Shown: piece after piece, positions 18,312 to 27,256 of the stretch | Layout of the letters: each line of letters begins with the position of its first letter | How positions within the stretch are numbered: the first letter of the stretch is position 1 | Source of the DNA: an uncultured Sediminibacterium sp. | Lineage (GTDB): Bacteria > Bacteroidota > Bacteroidia > Chitinophagales > Chitinophagaceae | Assembly: GCA_964486665.1 (NCBI GenBank) | Contig: CAZAOF010000001.1 | Location: 1 to 49,729 of the forward strand | DNA: 49,729 nt | Direction: 5' to 3' | The notes under the pieces: generated by a model | Seen by the model: the letters and a program-made list of their open reading frames with translations, nothing else | Database searches by the model: none | What the model was told of the DNA's origin: nothing | Position numbers and translations under genes: made by a program

Positions 18312-18959
18312 ATGGACTTTAATTCAATCATGAAGATCTTCTTACCAAAGGATAGAGTATTTTTTCAATTATTTGAAGAAGTAGCAGAACACGTTTATGA
18401 AATGGGGGTAAAACTTAAGGAAATGGTTAACGAGCCAGATGCTGATGTAAGAGCTAAAATTTTAGCTCAAATCGAAAATCTTGAACATAAAAACGATGCA
18501 TTAACGCATAATATCTTTACAGAACTAGGAAGAAACTTTATTACTCCTTTTGACAGAGAGGACATTCACTACCTTGCCACTTCATTAGATGATATTGCTG
18601 ACTATATTTACGCTTCTGCGAAAAAGATTAATTTCTATAAAGTAAATCCAAACGATACAGGCATTCACAAACTTGCAGAATTGGTGTTACAAGGTACGCA
18701 AGAAACCAAAAAAGCAGTACTTGGTTTACGTAATATGAAAAACATTAAAGAAATGACAGATGCCATGATTAAAATTAATAGCATCGAAAATCAGGCTGAT
18801 GATGTTTTTGATATGAGTATCGAAAAACTATTTGAACAAGAAAACGACTTTAAGGAAGTAATTAAGAAAAGAGAAATCTATCAAGTACTTGAAATTGCTA
18901 CAGATAAAATTGAAGATGTTGCCAATGTAATTGAATCTATTATTATCAAGTACGCTTAA
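18312..18959 (+). CDS. DUF47 / PhoU-like PiT accessory protein
   Basis: LEHKND, FITPFDREDI and IENQADDV motifs; immediately upstream of PiT; start at MDFNS. Confidence 0.92.
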   Translation: MDFNSIMKIFLPKDRVFFQLFEEVAEHVYEMGVKLKEMVNEPDADVRAKILAQIENLEHKNDALTHNIFTELGRNFITPFDREDIHYLATSLDDIADYIYASAKKINFYKVNPNDTGIHKLAELVLQGTQETKKAVLGLRNMKNIKEMTDAMIKINSIENQADDVFDMSIEKLFEQENDFKEVIKKREIYQVLEIATDKIEDVANVIESIIIKYA

Positions 18960-18970
18960 TTTAAATTAGA

Positions 18971-20683
18971 ATGACTTTATTAATTATCATTATAGCGCTT
19001 GCGCTTATATTTGACTACATCAACGGTTTTCATGATGCGGCAAATTCAATTGCAACTGTAGTTTCCACTAAGGTATTGACTCCATTTCAAGCAGTACTTT
19101 GGGCTGCGTTATTTAACTCTGTAGCTTATTGGATTTTCAAGGATCATGCAGTTGCCAATTCTATTAGCAAAACAGTATATAAAGAGTTCATTACACTACC
19201 CGTGATATTCTCTGGATTAATCGCTGCCATTTTTTGGAATTTATTGACTTGGTGGTATGGTATCCCATCCTCCTCTTCTCACACCTTAATTGGCGGATTT
19301 GCAGGCGCTGCAATAGCTCATGCTTTGTCAGTAAAAGGAATAGATTATTCTTGGTCAAAGATCGTAGATGCAGATACCATTTTAAAGACAGTGCTATTTA
19401 TATTTTTAGCACCCATTATTGGAATCATCATTTCTGTATTTATTACAATAGTTACGATCATGCGTAACGTTTGGTGGAGATTATTTATAATCACTGCTAC
19501 TACATTACTCACTGCTTTTCTTTTTGACTATTTTGAAAATAGCAAAATGAATGAAAATGCACAGAAATTTTTTAGCATTGATAAGTATAAAAAGGAAATT
19601 AGTGTTTTAAAAACAGAACTAGAGGAAAAGAAAAACGACAACGCTTTATTAGCTAAAATTGAATCTGCACAAGAAAAATTAGACAAAGCCAATCTAAACT
19701 TTGATAAGATTCATCCCTACATCGAAAATTTTGATAAAACATCTGCAGTTTACATTGCTAAAGTAGCAAAAGATAGCGGATGGCTTAACAGTATTGCTGT
19801 AAGTAAATTAAAAGATGCAGTTAGAAATGCAAACGATTTTTTAGTACTTGAAGCAAAAGCACCAGAAGAGGCAGCGGCTAAATTAAAATACGATGAAGCC
19901 AAAGTGGTAACGGAAGGATACAAAGAACCGTTAAAACTATATTTAGATGGAGCTATTTCTGTTGACTCTGCATTATATCTAGTAAATCAGATCTATCCTA
20001 TTCAACCAAAGAATATAGACAAGGTTAAAGCTAAAATTGCCAAATTCAATATTGAAAAGTCATTTGAAGGTGAGATAGACAAAGCAGATAATACCATTAT
20101 TGTAAACGGTATTTTTGGTGCGGCTATTTTATTTATGCTTATCTATGTTTATGTAGAGAAAATTAAAACACCAACTGCTCATACTGTAGCGAATATGTTT
20201 AAAAAGTTGCAGTTGTTTAGTTCTGCGGCATTCAGTATTGGTCATGGCGGTAACGATGCACAAAAAGTAATGGGTATTATCGGCGCAGCATTAATTGCAA
20301 GTGGAAGTATTCAAGATTTTGCTTCCCTTCCTAATTGGGTGCCTATTGCTTGTTACCTTGCTATTGGATTGGGTACAATGAGTGGTGGATGGAAAATTGT
20401 AAAAACAATGGGCTCTAAAATCACCAAAGTTACTCCTCTAGAGGGTGTAGCAGCAGAAACTGCAGGTGCTTTCACCTTATTCTTTACAGGTCAAATGGGT
20501 ATCCCTGTTTCTACTACGCATACCATCACAGGATCTATCATTGGTGTTGGAGCAACAAAAAGACTTAGCGCAGTTAGATGGGGCGTAACCACCAATTTGC
20601 TTTGGGCTTGGATTTTAACTATACCGGTTAGTGCCGTGCTTGCTGCAATTACTTATTATATTGTTGCATTTTTTCACGGATAA
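18971..20683 (+). CDS. pit: Inorganic phosphate transporter (PiT/PHO4) with large central insertion
   Basis: INGFHDAANSIAT, GIPSSSSH, HGGNDAQK and PVSTTH signatures. Confidence 0.93.
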   Translation: MTLLIIIIALALIFDYINGFHDAANSIATVVSTKVLTPFQAVLWAALFNSVAYWIFKDHAVANSISKTVYKEFITLPVIFSGLIAAIFWNLLTWWYGIPSSSSHTLIGGFAGAAIAHALSVKGIDYSWSKIVDADTILKTVLFIFLAPIIGIIISVFITIVTIMRNVWWRLFIITATTLLTAFLFDYFENSKMNENAQKFFSIDKYKKEISVLKTELEEKKNDNALLAKIESAQEKLDKANLNFDKIHPYIENFDKTSAVYIAKVAKDSGWLNSIAVSKLKDAVRNANDFLVLEAKAPEEAAAKLKYDEAKVVTEGYKEPLKLYLDGAISVDSALYLVNQIYPIQPKNIDKVKAKIAKFNIEKSFEGEIDKADNTIIVNGIFGAAILFMLIYVYVEKIKTPTAHTVANMFKKLQLFSSAAFSIGHGGNDAQKVMGIIGAALIASGSIQDFASLPNWVPIACYLAIGLGTMSGGWKIVKTMGSKITKVTPLEGVAAETAGAFTLFFTGQMGIPVSTTHTITGSIIGVGATKRLSAVRWGVTTNLLWAWILTIPVSAVLAAITYYIVAFFHG

Positions 20684-20709
20684 TCATTTTAACTTAGGTT
20701 GAATAAAAA

Positions 20710-20749
20710 AATAAAAAAGCTCCAACATATATGTTGGAGCTTTTTTATT
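20710..20749 (+). terminator. Intrinsic terminator (perfect 40-bp palindrome)
   Basis: AATAAAAAAGCTCCAACATA/TATGTTGGAGCTTTTTTATT. Confidence 0.85.
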
Positions 20750-20912
20750 ACAAACATCCAATAACATAATGGTTGTTCGTTAGTTTAAAAATTACACGCA
20801 AAAAACAAGAATCACTTAGTGTTGGGGTTACCTTTGATAAGCAGGGGTATTAAATAGTAGTTAAACACCTTTCAATTTTTAAACTCCCCTTATCAAAATA
20901 AAAACATTCAGT

Positions 20913-21200
20913 ATGATAGAAAAGAAACATTATAAGACAAAGGATTATTGCAAAGTAAAATTTACCATTGCATCAGATGCAAAAAAAGTAGAAATTTTTG
21001 GCTTGAACAATGAATGGAAAAAGGGTATTGCTTTAGCAAAGAAAAAAGATGGCAGCTTCGCTGTTGAAATGAATATCGACAAGGGCACACAACATGAATT
21101 CAAATACCTAGTAGATAAGAAGACTTGGCTCAATGACGACCAGGCCGACGCAGAAGTGTCTAATATTTATGGTACAACAAATAGCGTGGTGATTATTTAA
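20913..21200 (+). CDS. Stand-alone CBM48 / isoamylase early-set domain protein
   Basis: CKVKF, FGLNNEW, KDGSF, HEFKYLVD...WLND pattern. Confidence 0.85.
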   Translation: MIEKKHYKTKDYCKVKFTIASDAKKVEIFGLNNEWKKGIALAKKKDGSFAVEMNIDKGTQHEFKYLVDKKTWLNDDQADAEVSNIYGTTNSVVII

Positions 21201-21228
21201 TTCAGCAGTTTAAATGGTAATATTGCAT

Positions 21229-23307
21229 ATGCGTTATTATCATTTAGTCTTATCCATTTCGACTTTTTTATTCTTTCAGCAATCTTATGCTCAGCAAGAT
21301 AGCAGTGGTAAAAAAAACAATATTGATTTAGAGGCTGTTATTGTAACAGCAAGCAAATCAAAAGAAAAAAGAATCGAATCTCCAGTTGCTATAAGTGTAC
21401 TAAGTAATAGACAAATACAAGAGGCAAAAGCAACAAGAATCGATTTTTTATTGAACAAGGTTAGTGGGGTCTATATGCCCACTATTGGCAACGAGCAACA
21501 TATGATGTCGATTAGACAGCCTATCTCCTTAAAAGGTCTATACCTTTATCTTGAGGACGGATTGCCCATAAGGACTAGTGGTTTATTTAGTAACAACGCT
21601 TTGATAGAAATCAATACAGCAGCCATCCAACAAATCGAAGTCATCAAAGGTCCTGCATCAGCACTCTACGGAGCAGAAGCTATTGGTGGTGTAGTCAATT
21701 TTATTCATGCGCCTAGACCTTTAAAGAACCAATTAGCAGTAAGTAATCAAGTTAATAATAACGGGCTCATTAAATCAGATCTTGTTTTACAAAAAGCGGG
21801 TGAAAGGTCTGGATGGGCTATAAACTATAGCCAAATTCAGCAAAAAAATGGACTACTTGAGTATAGTGATTATACAAAAAAGGCGTTAAGTATTAAAAGA
21901 GATTTCTCCTATAAAAAAAGATGGTCTGGGTACCAACAATTTCAATGGATACAATATGATGGTCAAATGACCGGCACGGTAGATAGTATCAAGTTTGCAG
22001 CAAAAAATTATAGCACGCAGCAAAGTTTCACTTATAGAAAACTAAATTTATTTAGAGCTAGGCAAAATCTAAGCTATCAGTGGGATAAAAACCAAACAAC
22101 TACCATCAATATTTTATATCGTGGTAATACCATGGGACAAAATCCAACTTATGCAATTGCCTCCACCAATAATCCAACTAAATTTAAAGGTCAAATTAAC
22201 GTTAATCATTTTGACGCTTATGTTCTTGACCTCCAACATCAACTCAATTTTAGTAAGACAAAATCTAAGTTATTAATTGGCGGTTACCTGGACCAAACTA
22301 AGCAGCATTTAATTGCAAATTATATTGACATATTTAAAGACACTAGTTTAAATAAATTTACTAAATACACAGCACCTCTTATTGATTCTTTGATCACTGA
22401 TTATAGCACTAGTATTTCAAATAAAGCTTTTTATGTTAATTGGATACAACCTATCACCAAAAGAATTCGCTTGAACGCTACAATTAGGTATGATCATTTT
22501 GATTACCAATTTAAAAATAAATTAAGATCTGGTACGCCAAGCGCTAATAATACATTTACTAACTGGGCACCTAAAATAGGCGCAACTTATAATCAACTGA
22601 ATTGGGGAGCCTATTTTAATTATAGTAAAGGGTTTGTGCCACCACAGATTACCGAAATATACAATGCTGTAAGGGTTCCTTTTTTGTTGCCGCAAGATTT
22701 CTCTAACATTGAAGTGGGCAGCTGGATGCGGATTCCTAATGGATACATTGAGTGGTCTCTGTACCAACTAAATGGACGTAATGAAATTATATCTGTTCGT
22801 CAACCTGATGGAGTGAACCTCAATCAAAATACAGGTCAAACAAAACACTATGGTATAGAATACCAAATAAAATATAGTATTGGCCCTCTATTACAAATTA
22901 ACTTCAATGGAAGCAATGCTAAACACGAATATGTAAACACCCTATTAAAAGGAGAAGATATTAGTAACAAAGAAATGGTAGCAGCGCCTCGCTTTTTTAG
23001 CAACCTGACATTACTTAGTCAATGGAATAAAAAATTAAGTAGCTCTTTTGAATGGCAACATCAATCAAGCTATTTTATGGATGAAATTAATAGTACACGT
23101 TATCCTGGTTTTAATGTACTTAATCTAAGGGTAAATTATACAATCAAAAATCATGATTTTTGGTTTCATTGTTTAAATCTTGCCGATCAGTTTTACGCCA
23201 CAATGGCCACGAGAAACTTTAGCGTTAGAGGGAATAATGCTTATGCCTATTATTTAGGAGATAACAGAACTTTTGCTTTAGGATGGAGATGGAATATTAT
23301 CCCATAA
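21229..23307 (+). CDS. TonB-dependent receptor
   Basis: VIVTASK, IEVIKGPASALYGAEAIGGVVNF, KGFVPP; beta-barrel pattern. Confidence 0.9.
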   Translation: MRYYHLVLSISTFLFFQQSYAQQDSSGKKNNIDLEAVIVTASKSKEKRIESPVAISVLSNRQIQEAKATRIDFLLNKVSGVYMPTIGNEQHMMSIRQPISLKGLYLYLEDGLPIRTSGLFSNNALIEINTAAIQQIEVIKGPASALYGAEAIGGVVNFIHAPRPLKNQLAVSNQVNNNGLIKSDLVLQKAGERSGWAINYSQIQQKNGLLEYSDYTKKALSIKRDFSYKKRWSGYQQFQWIQYDGQMTGTVDSIKFAAKNYSTQQSFTYRKLNLFRARQNLSYQWDKNQTTTINILYRGNTMGQNPTYAIASTNNPTKFKGQINVNHFDAYVLDLQHQLNFSKTKSKLLIGGYLDQTKQHLIANYIDIFKDTSLNKFTKYTAPLIDSLITDYSTSISNKAFYVNWIQPITKRIRLNATIRYDHFDYQFKNKLRSGTPSANNTFTNWAPKIGATYNQLNWGAYFNYSKGFVPPQITEIYNAVRVPFLLPQDFSNIEVGSWMRIPNGYIEWSLYQLNGRNEIISVRQPDGVNLNQNTGQTKHYGIEYQIKYSIGPLLQINFNGSNAKHEYVNTLLKGEDISNKEMVAAPRFFSNLTLLSQWNKKLSSSFEWQHQSSYFMDEINSTRYPGFNVLNLRVNYTIKNHDFWFHCLNLADQFYATMATRNFSVRGNNAYAYYLGDNRTFALGWRWNIIP

Positions 23308-23338
23308 AAAATGGGGCGCTATTGCGCCCCATTTTTTT
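23306..23338. terminator. Bidirectional intrinsic terminator
   Basis: AAAAAATGGGGCGC-TATT-GCGCCCCATTTTTT between convergent genes. Confidence 0.85.
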
Positions 23339-23373
23339 AGTCAATCTCAAATGATAATTCATCCAGCGTTTGG

Positions 23374-24204
23374 TTACTTACCTCCTCCAATACGTATATT
23401 ACGCATCATGCCACCTCCACCTCGCTGCATATCCTGCATTAACTTTTGCATATTTTCTTGAAATTGCGCTCTATTCATTTTCTCTCCCTTAGTAGGTTGT
23501 ACCAATTCTTTTTTAGGATATTTATTACTTACTTCAACAGCTGTAGTAACTGTTGCGCCATTATCTAAATCCATTTCCATAATCACACCTGGTAGACCTG
23601 TGTAATTATCTGGACCTACAGACACTGGGATGTTCTCTGCATACCATACCACTAATTCCGTTTCTCTTGGCTTGATAGGTGCGCTAGCAGAAGAATCTGA
23701 GTTGTTTTCACCAGCTCTGCTAACACGCATACGCATCTGAGGTGCAGTGATCATTGTAGTCGCCTTCTTACACAATTGTTTTGCAATTGTTTTAGTCTCT
23801 TCTGATAATTTCCACTTGAATTGCTTTAATGAATCAACAATTAAAAATTCTTTTTCAAAAAAAGCACGTGTTTCATATTGTGTTTGCTTAGCAATATCTG
23901 TAAAAGTAGCAGTTGCTGGCATTCTAAAATTCATGCGCATACCGCCACCACCTCCGCCAGCATTGGCAAATGGGTCTGGCGCTTCTTCATCTACTACAGA
24001 TCTAAATAAACTAGCAGATTCATTAAATAAAAGTTCAAATTTGTCAGTCCTAAATTCGGGAATCATTGCTTTCATTTGAGGGTCTGGTATAGTACGGTGC
24101 ATATTGATTTTACGTTCGTAACTAATTTTCCCTTCTTTCATTTGCGCTATAGTTATAGTGGAGCACCCAACTAGCAAAGCAAGCATTAAGTAAACTTTTT
24201 TCAT
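23374..24204 (-). CDS. GLPGLI family protein
   Basis: Signal peptide; WKLSEETKTI, CKKAT, WYAENIPVSVGP, GLPGVI. Confidence 0.92.
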   Translation of the reverse strand: MKKVYLMLALLVGCSTITIAQMKEGKISYERKINMHRTIPDPQMKAMIPEFRTDKFELLFNESASLFRSVVDEEAPDPFANAGGGGGGMRMNFRMPATATFTDIAKQTQYETRAFFEKEFLIVDSLKQFKWKLSEETKTIAKQLCKKATTMITAPQMRMRVSRAGENNSDSSASAPIKPRETELVVWYAENIPVSVGPDNYTGLPGVIMEMDLDNGATVTTAVEVSNKYPKKELVQPTKGEKMNRAQFQENMQKLMQDMQRGGGGMMRNIRIGGGK

Positions 24205-24230
24205 AATTGATAATTTATTTTTGAATTTTA

Positions 24231-24274
24231 TTTTTTGATTATGTGTTTTTTGATAATGTGTTTTTGATTATGTG
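24231..24274. repeat. Three tandem 14-15-bp repeats T5-6GATWATGTG
   Basis: TTTTTTGATTATGTG, TTTTTTGATAATGTG, TTTTTGATTATGTG. Confidence 0.8.
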
Positions 24275-24323
24275 TTTTCTTTTTAAGAAAAAAATATTTT
24301 GGTCAATTTAAACTGTGTGCTGC

Positions 24324-27125
24324 TTACATTCTTATCATCATACCACCAGGCCTTGCACCACCTAATCCAGATTTTTGCAGACTATAGGTAAAGCTCAACA
24401 AGAAATATTGGTTAATGACATTGTAAGATCTGTCTACGATTTGATTCTGTGATACGTTTCTACTGATACCAATATTTTTATTCAATAAATCAAAAGCACT
24501 CATTTTTAATTCCGCTCTTTTGTTCTTCATAAAAAACTTAGAAAAACTAGCATTCCAAATAGGCACAGAAGTATTAAAGCCTTCTGCACGTCCAGTATTA
24601 ATTGCATAATTAAGTGACTGATTTAATACAATATTGAATGGCAAATAATTAGTCATATCCGCACCAAATACCTTGGTTAAGAAATTTGTATTCAATGTTG
24701 GATTAATTTCATTTGAAGTCTTACTAAAGGAATAGCGAGCTGTTAAATTAATATCTATCACGTCATCTAGTATATAACTATAAGTCATACTTGGACCAGT
24801 AGACTTTGTAACGATGGTATTTAATAACCCGTTTGCATAAGAAATATTGTTATTTAAGCCAGCGTTTAATCCAAAGCCTAATCTAGATTTCAATTTTTTA
24901 ATTCCAAACCCATAATTCATAGACCCATTAACTCTATAAGCTCCATTTACATTTACTGGCCTAGAAAGGACTGTTCTATTGGGTAATACGCTATCATAAT
25001 TTACAATAGAATTATTAGTTGTTGATGCATTCAATGTAGAGAAAAAGCTTTTTCCTGCTAATATTTTTGAGGAGAAAAAACGGAGATTTAAATTATGTAC
25101 ATAGCTTCTTTTTAAATCCGGATTACCTATTACCTGCCTATTGATATTACTTTGATCTAATACTGGTTGTAATTGTGTTATAGAAGGCTGATTGGTAGAG
25201 GTACGATAATCTATATTCAAATTTTTTGTTTGGGAAAAATTATACCTGAAATTAGCATTAGGTAAAATATCTTGAAAACTTTGACTTATTCTTGTTTTTG
25301 CACTAATGTTTTCACCATCTAAGACTGCAGATTGTAATGACAAGCCCGTAGCAAAACTATATTTCTTTTGATTGGACCTAAAACTCATTCCTCCTCCAGA
25401 ATAGGTGTACTCACTATTAAACTCGTTGGTTAACCTTGTATTGAGTAAATCATAAGCATCTGTTATTTCATTTCGGTCAAAAATCTTTCTGCTAGATGAC
25501 CCAATGCTTTTACTTAAATAAGTATTGAACTCTAGTAATGATTTTTTGCCTAAAGGTTCGGTATAAATTAGATTAGCAGAATAACTTGTGTTTTCTCCTT
25601 TTCGAATATTTTGTTGGTCTAAAATTGAATCATTGATCAAGTTATTGTTCGTATAAAAAAGCTGTTCTGTAAACTGGCTTCCTGTTGAATTAGAGCGGTT
25701 AAAGCTTTGTGTAATCGTAGACGACATTGTACGTCCTTTTTTTGCAAACTTTTTTCTTAATAATAAAGTACTTGCAGCATTTACGGCATCAGAAGCACTA
25801 GAAGCAATGGTTGTGTTGCTATTAAGTAAATTTCCATTTAATAAATAGGTCTGTGTTGAGTCTTCGCTGTAATTGTCGGTTTGCTGCCATCCTAAACTTG
25901 GTGTAAACCTAAACGAGAAGTTGTCTGTTACTTTATGATCGATCGTGCTACCAAAATTTTGCTGTTTATTTTTAGCAATTGAATTCGCATTCGATATTCT
26001 ATTAAATTCATTACCAGGCGTAAGATTCTGCGTGAATGAACTACTAATATTATTTCTCTCTACATCGTTAATAGAAAGGTTTGCGTTGAACTCGGTTTTT
26101 TTATTATTTAATAAATTAGAATAATTGCCTCCAATGGAATAGGTTTCCGCTATACCTTGTGCATTTGCATCGGTCTCACCTGAACCACCTCCACCAAAAT
26201 TAATCGTTACTCCTGCACCAGCACCTGGTCGTCCTCCGCCACCTCCAGAAAAGTTGACAATATTTCTGTTAGAAAAATTTTGTCTATTCGTATTATTGGC
26301 ACCTCCTATAACTGAAAACTGTTCTTCATTATTAATGACGTTTACATTTCCTTGTGCATCAAATCTGCTTGGCGTTCCAGCACCACCATTCAATTTTCCG
26401 AACGTAGACCTATTACGGTCTTTTTTTAATTTAATATTAATTGCAGTTTCTTCAGACCCATCGTCTATACCTGTAAACATAGCTTGGTCCGATTTTCGAT
26501 CATATACTTGAATTTTATCCACCGCATCCGCTGGTAAATTCTTAGTTGCCATTTTAGGATCCCCTGTGAAAAACTCTTTTCCATTCACAAACACCTTAGT
26601 TACTGTTTTCCCATTTACTGTTATGCCCCCTGATTTATCAACCTCCATGCCTGGCATCTTTTTTAATAAATCTTCCACTACGGCATTAGGTGCTGTTTTA
26701 AAATTTTCTGAATTAAATTCTATAGAGTCTCCGCTGATAACTACCGGTGGTCTTCGGGCGGTTACAGTAACAGTGGACATATTGTTTACATCATTCATGT
26801 ACACCACGCCCATGTCAATGGTGGATGACCCACCAGCAGGTACAGCAACCCATTTCGGTTGATAACCCACGTAAGAAACAGAAATTAAATAATTGTCTGA
26901 TTTGATGTTTTTAAATACAAACTCACCTGACTCATTCGTTCTATTAAAACTTACAAGAGAGGAGTCTTTAGCATATACCAAAGAGATGGTAGCAGCAGTT
27001 AACACTCGATTCGCAATACTGTCCTTAATAGACCCCTTAATGGTACTGTTTTGGGTAAATCCAACGTAACTTATTAATAATAAGCAGTTTATGAGAATAA
27101 TGCCGACTTTACTTTGTTGATTCAT
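24324..27125 (-). CDS. Outer-membrane beta-barrel / TBDR-like protein (GLPGLI partner) with N-terminal CarboxypepD-like domain
   Basis: ISVSYVGY, VEDLLKKMPG, VNGKEFF, GNPDLK and FDLLN motifs. Confidence 0.85.
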   Translation of the reverse strand: MNQQSKVGIILINCLLLISYVGFTQNSTIKGSIKDSIANRVLTAATISLVYAKDSSLVSFNRTNESGEFVFKNIKSDNYLISVSYVGYQPKWVAVPAGGSSTIDMGVVYMNDVNNMSTVTVTARRPPVVISGDSIEFNSENFKTAPNAVVEDLLKKMPGMEVDKSGGITVNGKTVTKVFVNGKEFFTGDPKMATKNLPADAVDKIQVYDRKSDQAMFTGIDDGSEETAINIKLKKDRNRSTFGKLNGGAGTPSRFDAQGNVNVINNEEQFSVIGGANNTNRQNFSNRNIVNFSGGGGGRPGAGAGVTINFGGGGSGETDANAQGIAETYSIGGNYSNLLNNKKTEFNANLSINDVERNNISSSFTQNLTPGNEFNRISNANSIAKNKQQNFGSTIDHKVTDNFSFRFTPSLGWQQTDNYSEDSTQTYLLNGNLLNSNTTIASSASDAVNAASTLLLRKKFAKKGRTMSSTITQSFNRSNSTGSQFTEQLFYTNNNLINDSILDQQNIRKGENTSYSANLIYTEPLGKKSLLEFNTYLSKSIGSSSRKIFDRNEITDAYDLLNTRLTNEFNSEYTYSGGGMSFRSNQKKYSFATGLSLQSAVLDGENISAKTRISQSFQDILPNANFRYNFSQTKNLNIDYRTSTNQPSITQLQPVLDQSNINRQVIGNPDLKRSYVHNLNLRFFSSKILAGKSFFSTLNASTTNNSIVNYDSVLPNRTVLSRPVNVNGAYRVNGSMNYGFGIKKLKSRLGFGLNAGLNNNISYANGLLNTIVTKSTGPSMTYSYILDDVIDINLTARYSFSKTSNEINPTLNTNFLTKVFGADMTNYLPFNIVLNQSLNYAINTGRAEGFNTSVPIWNASFSKFFMKNKRAELKMSAFDLLNKNIGISRNVSQNQIVDRSYNVINQYFLLSFTYSLQKSGLGGARPGGMMIRM

Positions 27126-27256
27126 TGGTCAAATATAAATTAGAGAGGATGAAGGTAAGTGAAAAGAAATAATTTCTACCTAAGTTTTTAGTTAAAATCA
27201 TTGAAAAATTTGATGAACGGCTGTGGGATTGACGTAATTTTAAAAAAATAATCAAC

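Noticed and set aside
24231..24274. Tandem repeat considered as a mini-CRISPR
   Set aside because: Units are too short and have no unique spacers
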